A stretch of 64,000 nucleotides of DNA from positions 13,943 through 77,942 of the forward strand of contig JAFWCN010000001.1 of NCBI GenBank assembly GCA_017536895.1, given 5' to 3'. Positions 56,376 to 64,000 of this stretch are shown here, in pieces. The DNA comes from Candidatus Saccharimonadota bacterium. Its GTDB lineage: Bacteria; Patescibacteriota; Saccharimonadia; Saccharimonadales; Saccharimonadaceae. A program made the translations under genes and the position numbers. Below the pieces are notes generated by a model. The model worked only from the letters and a program-made list of their open reading frames with translations, was not told the origin of the DNA and did not search any database. Every line of letters begins with the position of its first letter. The stretch's first letter is position 1.

Positions 56376-58999
56376 TGGACACCAGGGTGGTAGCACTAAT
56401 AGTAATCCTCGCAGTAGTCCTACTACTAGCTATTCTTTTTGGCGCTAAAGTTAGCAAACTGAGAAAAGCCAAGAAGTATGAACGAAGCCTCAAGATGGTG
56501 CCACTTCTGATTCATCTACCACCATCTACTGAGGATATCGAGGCAGGCAGCCGCGACGATCGCGATGTTGCCAACGAAGCCATCTCTAAGGCACAGGTGA
56601 TGTATTCCATCCTTGCCTCTACTACTACGAAGGGGCTCAAAACAAGACTATATGGGGAGCGTCACTTCTCCTTTGAAATTATCGCTAAAGATGGTCTCAT
56701 CAGGTATTACGCCATCGTTCCAGCCGTTCTCACGGAGACAGTCCGCCAGGCTATTCAGTCAGCTTATCCTACCGCTAAAGTTGAAGAAAAGAGGGAAGAA
56801 AACATCTTTAAAGGAGGAGGAGGCGTCAACGCTGTAGCCGGTGCAGAACTAACCCTAAACAAAGATTACTATCTCCCCATCGCAACCTACGAAGAAACCA
56901 AGCGCGATGCTCAAATGGCCATTCTTAACGCCCTCGGTGCTGTGAGTAAAGACGAAGGTGCCGCTGTACAAATTCTTTTCCGGCCTGCACAAAAAAATTG
57001 GTCAGACAAAGCCAAGCAATACATTGACAATCTCCAAAAAGGTAAAAAAACCAAATCCGGCGGCAGCAACTTCAGTAATCTCGCAATGGATATCATCAAA
57101 GCTCCTTTTGAAGTCCCAGGTGAGCACGAAAAAACCGAACACACTACTCTATCAAGCATCAAACAGGACGAAATTACCGCTATCACTAATAAAATGCGCT
57201 TTCCAGCTTTTGAGACGTTAATTAGAGTTATAGCTAGTTCCGCCTCTGAACCACGTTCTCAAGCTATCATGGGTGGTATTGTCAGTTCGTTTTCACAGTT
57301 CAACTCCCCTGAACTCAATGGGTTCAAGGTTAACGCTCTGAAGGAACCTAAAAAACTAGTAATAGATTACACTTTCCGCTTTTTCCCAGTTCGCACTCGT
57401 TCAAACATCTTAAACAGCGTCGAACTTGCTTCTATTTTTCATCTCCCAGAACAATCAGCTATCCCAACCTCATCTGTTGAGCGCCAATTAGTCAAACAGG
57501 TTGACGGCCCAGCTAAACTCGCTACCGAAGGTCTCTTCCTTGGCACTAATGAGTATAGGGGCAATAAAAAACCAATTTATCTCCAAGAAAAAGATCGTCG
57601 TCGTCACATGTACATCATCGGTCAAACTGGTATGGGTAAATCTGTCTTTCTCGAAAACCTCGCCTTCCAAGACATGTGCGATGGCCGTGGTTTTGCTTTT
57701 ATCGATCCGCACGGTGATGCCGTCGAAGCTTTGCTAAAACGTGTCCCAGAGGAACGTATCGATGATGTTATCTATTTCGATCCTGCCGACATTGAACACC
57801 CTGTTGGCATGAACATGTTCGAATTCACCAATGAAGATCAAAAGGACTTCATTGTCCAAGAGGGAATTAGCATGTTGCAATCACTCTTTGACCCACAGAA
57901 CCAAGGTTTCTTCGGTCCACGCGGCCAGCATATGTTCCGAAACGCCGCGCTCCTTCTAATGTCTGACCCTGCCGGTGCCACCTTTATTGATATCCCTCAG
58001 TGTTTCACTGACCCCGAATTCGTCAAATCAAAGCTCAAATACGTCACCGACAAAGCCGTTTATGACTACTGGACCAAAGAATTCCCAGATTCACGTAAAT
58101 CTAACGATTCTGGTGATGTCATCACCTGGTTCTCTAGTAAATGGGGGCCATTCATCGCTAACACCATTATGCGAAATACTCTCGGCCAAGTGAAATCAGG
58201 CTTCAATATCCGCGAAATCATGGATACTAAGAAAATCTTCCTCGTCAATCTTTCAAAGGGGCGCTTAGGTGATATCAATGCCAACCTTCTCGGTATGATC
58301 TTCGTAATGAAATTCCAACAGGCAGCGATGAGTAGACAAGATATTCCTGAGGACCAGCGTCAGGACTTCTGCCTCTATGTAGACGAGTTCCAAAACTTCG
58401 CCACCGACAGTTTCGAATCTATCCTCTCTGAGGCCAGGAAATATCGCCTCAATCTCATCGTCGCTAACCAGTTTATGACTCAGCTAACAGACAAAATCAG
58501 GGAAGCACTGCTCGGTAACGTCGGTACTATCGTCTGTGGTCGTATCGGTGTAACTGATGCTGAATTGATGGTTAAAGCCTTTACCCCCACCTTTACCGCC
58601 GAAGACCTTACTAAGACCCCTAATTTCGCCGCCGTCACCAAAGTCATGATGTTTGATATGCCATCTGCTCCATTCACTATTAGCTTACCACCTCTAATGG
58701 GTGAGGCTAATGAAGACCTAATGAAAACCCTTAAAGTATACTCTGCTACTAGGTTTGGTAAAACTCGCTCTGAAGTAGAAAAAGAGATTGAATCTCGCTG
58801 GTCAGCCGCCGAAAAAGCCAAGCACGAAGCCAACGAATCGATATCTTCACCGTCACCAGCCCCCGCACAGGCCCCAGAATCCATTTCAGCACCCAAACCG
58901 CTTATGGATACATCTTCAACCTCAAACACGGCTTCTACGGCCTCTCAGGCCCAAAATACGGGATTTTTGGACGGGTGGCTTAGTCAAAATAACAATTAG
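56375..58999 (+). CDS. VirD4/TraG/HerA-like P-loop ATPase (type IV coupling/DUF87-like) with N-terminal TM
   Basis: RHMYIIGQTGMGKS, FIDPHG, LYVDEFQNF, SEARKYRL, ANQF. Confidence 0.88.
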   Translation: MDTRVVALIVILAVVLLLAILFGAKVSKLRKAKKYERSLKMVPLLIHLPPSTEDIEAGSRDDRDVANEAISKAQVMYSILASTTTKGLKTRLYGERHFSFEIIAKDGLIRYYAIVPAVLTETVRQAIQSAYPTAKVEEKREENIFKGGGGVNAVAGAELTLNKDYYLPIATYEETKRDAQMAILNALGAVSKDEGAAVQILFRPAQKNWSDKAKQYIDNLQKGKKTKSGGSNFSNLAMDIIKAPFEVPGEHEKTEHTTLSSIKQDEITAITNKMRFPAFETLIRVIASSASEPRSQAIMGGIVSSFSQFNSPELNGFKVNALKEPKKLVIDYTFRFFPVRTRSNILNSVELASIFHLPEQSAIPTSSVERQLVKQVDGPAKLATEGLFLGTNEYRGNKKPIYLQEKDRRRHMYIIGQTGMGKSVFLENLAFQDMCDGRGFAFIDPHGDAVEALLKRVPEERIDDVIYFDPADIEHPVGMNMFEFTNEDQKDFIVQEGISMLQSLFDPQNQGFFGPRGQHMFRNAALLLMSDPAGATFIDIPQCFTDPEFVKSKLKYVTDKAVYDYWTKEFPDSRKSNDSGDVITWFSSKWGPFIANTIMRNTLGQVKSGFNIREIMDTKKIFLVNLSKGRLGDINANLLGMIFVMKFQQAAMSRQDIPEDQRQDFCLYVDEFQNFATDSFESILSEARKYRLNLIVANQFMTQLTDKIREALLGNVGTIVCGRIGVTDAELMVKAFTPTFTAEDLTKTPNFAAVTKVMMFDMPSAPFTISLPPLMGEANEDLMKTLKVYSATRFGKTRSEVEKEIESRWSAAEKAKHEANESISSPSPAPAQAPESISAPKPLMDTSSTSNTASTASQAQNTGFLDGWLSQNNN

Positions 59000-59066
59000 G
59001 TTCTTGCTTTTTTAGTCCTCAAGGTGTATAATAGGGGGAGAATAATAAAGATGAGGTATAAACAAA

Positions 59067-61052
59067 ATGGCTGACAAAGCTGAAAATTATGATTCGTCCG
59101 AAATTCGGGTGCTAGAGGGGCTTGAGCCCGTAAGAATGCGTCCAGGCATGTATATCGGTTCTACCGGTTACGATGGTTTGCATCATTTAATCAAAGAAAT
59201 TGCCGATAACTCCATCGATGAGGCTATCGCTGGCTATGCCAACAAGGTTGATATCACTATTTTAAAAGATGGCGGTATTCGTATAGATGATAACGGCCGT
59301 GGTATCCCTGTAGATATTCACCCCAAAACCAAGAAATCCACCCTTGAGACAGTGCTTACCGTCCTTCACGCCGGTGGTAAATTCGGTGACGGTGGCTATA
59401 AGGTCTCATCTGGTCTTCACGGAGTTGGCTCATCTGTCGTAAATGCTTTGTCTACTAATATGGTCGCCGAAGTTTATCGCGACGGCAAGACCCATCACAT
59501 CGAATTTGACACTGGTAAACCAACCACTGAATTACAAGTTACGAAGGGTAGTCCTCGCGAATCAGGTACCTCTATTACCTTCTATCCTGACCCTTCCATC
59601 TTTAAGGAGACCACTACTTTTGATTACAACTGGGTATCAAATTATGCCCGTCATCAAGCTTATCTCACGAAGGGAGTCTTAATCACTGTTACTGATGAGC
59701 GGACTGGCGCTCACGAATCCTTCTACTTCGAAGGGGGAATCAAGAGTTATGTCAAGCGACTTAATCAAGGCAAGGAGCTCCTCGCTGATGATATTTTCTA
59801 CGTCGAGAAACAGGTTAAAGATTCTATGGTCGAAATCGCTCTCCAGTATAACGATAGTTTTGCTGAGACCATGAAGCCTTTCGCTAATAACGTCCTTACC
59901 CCTGATGGCGGTATGCATGTCGTTGGTTTTCGTACAGGTCTTACTCGTACAGTCAACGACTATGCTAGAAAAAACGGCCTCCTAAAGGAGAAAGAAGACA
60001 ACCTCACCGGCGATGATATCAAAGAAGGACTCACCGCTGTAATTTTGGTTAAACTTCCTGATCCACAGTTTGAAGGTCAGACCAAGAATAAACTTGGCAA
60101 CCCAGAGGTGCGCGGTTATGTTGATAAAGTTATGACCGAGTACTTTGGTTATTATCTTGAGGAAAACCCCGCTATCGCTAAGAAAATTGTCGGTAAAGCT
60201 ACTTTGGCCGCCCGTGCTCGCAAAGCCGCCCGTGCCGCTCGCGACAATGTCATCCGAAAAGGTGCCTTCGAAGGGCTTAATCTTCCATCCAAGCTCGCCG
60301 ATTGTTCATCTAGGAATAGAGAAGATTGCGAACTATTTATCGTTGAGGGTAATTCCGCGGCCGGTTCCGCTAAGGAAGGACGCAATCCTCAGATTCAAGC
60401 CATTCTACCTCTGAGAGGTAAGGTGCTCAACACCGAGCGCGCCCGTCTTGATAAAATGCTCGCTAACCAAGAATTAGTATCTTTAATCAAGGGGCTTGGC
60501 GTAGGTATTGGCGACCAATTTAATATCGATGGTCTCAGGTATGACAAAATCATCTTCATGACTGATGCCGATGTTGATGGTCTCCATATTGCTACACTTC
60601 TGATGACCTTCTTCTTCCGCTATATGCCACAAGTCATCGAAGAAGGCCATGTTTACCTAGCTAAACCACCTCTGTTTGGCCTCATTAAGGGCACTGGAAA
60701 CTCTCGTAAGATTGACTATCTCTATGATGAAGTTGCTCTCGAAAACAAGCTAACCGAAAAGATTGAGGAACGAAAGAGTAACGGTACCAAAATCGACGAA
60801 TCTCAAGAGAGGTTTAAGCAAGCTGGCTATACCGCCCAACAGCGCTTTAAGGGTCTTGGCGAAATGGATGCCAAACAGCTCTGGGAGACCACTATGGATC
60901 CCGAGAACCGCATTTTAGTCAAAGTTCACGTTGAAGATGCCGAAAAAGCCGATGCTGTATTTACAAAGTTGATGGGAGATCAGGTCGAACTCCGCAAAAA
61001 CTTCATCCAAGCCGGTGCCGCATCTGTTAACCTTGATGATTTGGACTTTTAA
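59067..61052 (+). CDS. gyrB: DNA gyrase subunit B
   Basis: LEGLEPVRMRPGMYIG, EIADNSIDE, HAGGKF, VEGNSAAG, MTDADVDG, RFKGLGEM. Confidence 0.97.
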   Translation: MADKAENYDSSEIRVLEGLEPVRMRPGMYIGSTGYDGLHHLIKEIADNSIDEAIAGYANKVDITILKDGGIRIDDNGRGIPVDIHPKTKKSTLETVLTVLHAGGKFGDGGYKVSSGLHGVGSSVVNALSTNMVAEVYRDGKTHHIEFDTGKPTTELQVTKGSPRESGTSITFYPDPSIFKETTTFDYNWVSNYARHQAYLTKGVLITVTDERTGAHESFYFEGGIKSYVKRLNQGKELLADDIFYVEKQVKDSMVEIALQYNDSFAETMKPFANNVLTPDGGMHVVGFRTGLTRTVNDYARKNGLLKEKEDNLTGDDIKEGLTAVILVKLPDPQFEGQTKNKLGNPEVRGYVDKVMTEYFGYYLEENPAIAKKIVGKATLAARARKAARAARDNVIRKGAFEGLNLPSKLADCSSRNREDCELFIVEGNSAAGSAKEGRNPQIQAILPLRGKVLNTERARLDKMLANQELVSLIKGLGVGIGDQFNIDGLRYDKIIFMTDADVDGLHIATLLMTFFFRYMPQVIEEGHVYLAKPPLFGLIKGTGNSRKIDYLYDEVALENKLTEKIEERKSNGTKIDESQERFKQAGYTAQQRFKGLGEMDAKQLWETTMDPENRILVKVHVEDAEKADAVFTKLMGDQVELRKNFIQAGAASVNLDDLDF

Positions 61053-61061
61053 GGAGGAGCT

Positions 61062-63659
61062 ATGAAAGACGAACAGAATTTGAACAAAAAACCATCAGAA
61101 AACCCATCCGAGGGAGCATTCGCGACAACGGGAGCGAACGGAGCGTCCGAGCCCCGTAACGACGGGCGCGAGGACAGCGTTCCCGAGGATGGTGTTTTTG
61201 ATGGTTTAGAGATTAAACCTGTTGAGAATACCATGGAAGACTACTTCCTTCGCTATTCCATGTCGGTCATTGTTGACCGCGCCCTCCCTGATGTTCGCGA
61301 TGGCTTGAAGCCTGTTAACCGTCGTATTCTCTATACCATGAACAAAAACGGCTGGAAGGCTCCACATGCCACGGTGAAATCCGCCCGTATCGTCGGTGAC
61401 GTCATGGGTAAATACCACCCTCACGGCGACTCTTCCATCTATATGGCGATGGTCAACCTCGCACAACCTTGGAAAATGCGTTACACTCTTATCGAAGGAC
61501 AAGGTAACTTCGGCTCGATGGACGGCGATGAACCAGCCGCCTATCGTTACACCGAGGCTCGCATGGACAAAGTTGGTGCCGAACTCCTTACCGATATCGA
61601 GAAAGACACCGTAGATTTTCGCGATAACTTCGATGGCACCGAGCAAGAACCAGTAGTTTTACCAGCTGCTCTCCCAAACATCCTCTTAAATGGACAAATG
61701 GGTATCGCAGTTGGTATGGCCACCAATATCCCCCCACATAATCTTGGGGAATTGGTTGATGCTACTGTTGCCCAGATTGATAACCCTGATATCACTCTTG
61801 ATGAATTGATGAAACACGTCAAGGGTCCAGATTTCCCAACTGGCGCTGAGGTCTACGGCGGGGAACCAATGAAACAAGCCTATGCCACCGGTAAAGGCTC
61901 CGTAGTCATTCGCGCCGTTACCAATATCGAAGAACGCAAAAATGGCCGTTACAATATCGTCATTACCGAAGTCCCATACGGTATGAGTAAAGAAGGTTTC
62001 ATCGAAAAAGTTCGTGAACTCGTCCTTGCCAAGAAACTAGATCACATCTCTGATGCTCGCGATGAGTCAGCCCGTGGTAAAATCCGTATCGTCGTCGAAC
62101 TAAAAAAAGACGCTTTCCCTAAGAAGATTCTAAACCAGCTCTATAAAATGACTGGGCTCCAAACCGCGTTCCACTATAATATGTTGGCTCTCGTCGATGG
62201 AGTTCAGCCGCGAATTCTCGGCCTTAAGGAAATATTGGCAGAATTTATTAAACACCGCCAAGTTGTCACACGTCGTCGCACTGAGTTCGAACTAAAGAAG
62301 GCTAAAGAGCGTGCTCACATCCTAGAAGGTTTGAAAATCGCCCTCGATAACATCGATGAAGTTATCGCTGTCATTCGCGCCTCTTATGACGATGCCGATC
62401 AACAGCTTATGAAGCGCTTCGGTCTCTCTGAGATTCAAGCGAACGCCATCTTGCAGATGCAACTTCGCCGTCTCCAAGGTTTGGAACGTGACAAGATTGA
62501 AGACGAGCTAAAGCAACTCCACGAACTTATCAAGAAGCTCGAAGCCATTCTCGCTGACGAGAAAGAAATTCTACGCGTCATCAAAGAAGAACTCCTTACC
62601 CTCAAGGAGAAATACGGTGACGAGCGCCGCAGCAAGATTATCAACCACGAAGTCGGCAAATTCTCTGAGGAAGAACTTATCCCCGAGGAAGAGAGTGTTA
62701 TCTTGCTCACCTCTGAAAACTACATGAAACGCGTCCCACAAACTGATTTTAGAAAGCAGAACAGAGGCGGTAAAGGCAAACGCGGTATGACCACTAAGGA
62801 AGAAGATGTCATCGCTCAGATTCTCACCGCTAACTCACATGACTTCTTGCTATTCTTTACTAATCAGGGGAGATTATTCCGTCTGAAAGCTTACGAAGTC
62901 CCGCAGGCTTCTCTAGCCGCTAAGGGTACCGCCGCTGTCAACCTTCTCAATATGCACCCCGAAGAGAAAATCACCGCCATCATCAAACAAGGTGATGCGG
63001 GCGCAGACGGCTTCCTCTTTATGGCTACCAAGAAGGGAACCATTAAGAAATCTGCCATCAAAGATTTCTTCAATGTCAGAAGTAACGGCCTCATTGCCAT
63101 CAAGCTCGACGCTGGTGATGAACTTCGCTGGGTCAAGGAGACCACCGGTGACCACGATATCGTCATCAGTACCTCCGCTGGCCAGGCTACCAGATTTAAC
63201 GAAAAAGAAGTACGAGCTATGGGTCGCGCCGCCAGAGGTGTTCGTGGTATGCGCCTCCGTCCGAAGGATGAAATCGTCGGCATGGATGTCGTCACTGATC
63301 CGAACCAGAAACTCATCGCTGTTTCTGCCAATGGTTACGGCAAAGCTACGCTAGTCTCCAATTTCCCACCTCATAAGCGCGGTGGCGTTGGTATTAAGGT
63401 TGCCGCTGTTACCGCGAAAACTGGTCCGATTGTCGCTGTTCATACCCTAGACCCTCTAGCCAAAGAAGTTATTATGATGTCAACCAAAGGCCAAGCTATC
63501 CGTGTCGCCATGAAGGAAATCCCGACCTTAGGCCGCGCCACCCAAGGCGTCCGCATTATGAAAATGTCTGAGGGCGACACTGTCGCATCTATCGGTATTG
63601 TTTTGCCCGAAGAAGATAATTCTGAAAGCACCGACAAAAAGACTGCCAAGAAAGCCTAA
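61062..63659 (+). CDS. gyrA: DNA gyrase subunit A with N-terminal palindromic insertion
   Basis: [30 protein letters not shown], GyrA-box QNRGGKG, CTD blades. Confidence 0.97.
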   Translation: MKDEQNLNKKPSENPSEGAFATTGANGASEPRNDGREDSVPEDGVFDGLEIKPVENTMEDYFLRYSMSVIVDRALPDVRDGLKPVNRRILYTMNKNGWKAPHATVKSARIVGDVMGKYHPHGDSSIYMAMVNLAQPWKMRYTLIEGQGNFGSMDGDEPAAYRYTEARMDKVGAELLTDIEKDTVDFRDNFDGTEQEPVVLPAALPNILLNGQMGIAVGMATNIPPHNLGELVDATVAQIDNPDITLDELMKHVKGPDFPTGAEVYGGEPMKQAYATGKGSVVIRAVTNIEERKNGRYNIVITEVPYGMSKEGFIEKVRELVLAKKLDHISDARDESARGKIRIVVELKKDAFPKKILNQLYKMTGLQTAFHYNMLALVDGVQPRILGLKEILAEFIKHRQVVTRRRTEFELKKAKERAHILEGLKIALDNIDEVIAVIRASYDDADQQLMKRFGLSEIQANAILQMQLRRLQGLERDKIEDELKQLHELIKKLEAILADEKEILRVIKEELLTLKEKYGDERRSKIINHEVGKFSEEELIPEEESVILLTSENYMKRVPQTDFRKQNRGGKGKRGMTTKEEDVIAQILTANSHDFLLFFTNQGRLFRLKAYEVPQASLAAKGTAAVNLLNMHPEEKITAIIKQGDAGADGFLFMATKKGTIKKSAIKDFFNVRSNGLIAIKLDAGDELRWVKETTGDHDIVISTSAGQATRFNEKEVRAMGRAARGVRGMRLRPKDEIVGMDVVTDPNQKLIAVSANGYGKATLVSNFPPHKRGGVGIKVAAVTAKTGPIVAVHTLDPLAKEVIMMSTKGQAIRVAMKEIPTLGRATQGVRIMKMSEGDTVASIGIVLPEEDNSESTDKKTAKKA
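61089..61207. repeat. In-frame palindromic element E (gyrA)
   Basis: Arms AAACCATCAGAAAACCCATCC / GGATGGTGTTTTTGATGGTTT; core CCGAGCCCCGTAACGACGGGCGCGAGG. Confidence 0.88.
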
Positions 63660-63811
63660 GCGTCTTAACAAAAACCTCAGGGGTGAAACTCCTTAAGCAT
63701 ATCAAAAATTTAGTAGGGGGTTGTAATTTCTTTAAATCTATGCCTATACTCCGGCAAAATTAAAATAATCGCATGTTATGTCCTTAAGAACATGCGGTTG
63801 AAAGGAGTTTT

Positions 63812-64000
63812 ATGGCAAAGAAACTGCCCCTTATTATATCAACATTAAGTCTGTTTAGCGGACTATCGTCTCCGTCAGTTTGGGCGAGTGACATAACGCA
63901 CTCTCTAGACGGACCTTGGTCATTTGAGGAAATGATGGCTGCCGAGGCAGAGATCCAACCAATCATCGACGAAGTGTGCCCCTATGAATTTGTCCCCGAG
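63812..64000 (+). CDS. Secreted protein (3'-truncated by window)
   Basis: SD AAAGGAG, MAKKLPLIISTLSLFSGLSSPSVWA signal-peptide-like start, frame open to the window end. Confidence 0.7.
   Translation, partial: MAKKLPLIISTLSLFSGLSSPSVWASDITHSLDGPWSFEEMMAAEAEIQPIIDEVCPYEFVPE

Noticed and set aside
474-63966. Numerous 60-150 aa ORFs nested in or antisense to assigned genes
   Set aside because: Shadow frames of well-supported genes, without their own motifs or start signals
1-64000. CRISPR array, transposase, integrase, reverse transcriptase or prophage genes
   Set aside because: No regularly spaced direct repeats and no ORF with such motifs were seen

Overview
Gene-dense bacterial chromosome segment using the standard code (TGA used as stop). 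Gene content and protein style point to Patescibacteria/Saccharimonadia (TM7); this is inference, not a database result. Core content: ftsA-ftsZ-nrdR, ileS, rplU, parAB, lepB, htrA, prfA-prmC, sufC/sufB-like pair with nrdDG, rel, thrS-miaA, rimK, rnpB, infC-rpmI-rplT-rpmB, comM, tmRNA, a VirD4/HerA-like ATPase, gyrBA and three tRNAs (Val-CAC, Thr-CGT, Val-TAC). Main unexplained signals: (1) five ~110-120 bp palindromic elements with a shared GC-rich core, inserted in frame in ileS (twice), sufB, nrdG and gyrA, with copy-specific self-complementary arms and intergenic or tRNA-linked relatives; (2) an operon encoding a MoxR-like AAA+ ATPase, three variable beta-propeller-like proteins with conserved termini, and an HExxH+vWA protein; (3) a class III ribonucleotide reductase NrdD lacking the C-terminal glycyl-radical loop, apparently regulated by a Cys-free NrdR; (4) many apparently leaderless genes and two ORF-less transcription units beside tmRNA. 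No CRISPR array, transposase, integrase, reverse transcriptase or prophage was seen. Coordinates of repeats and RNAs were read by eye and may be off by a few bases.
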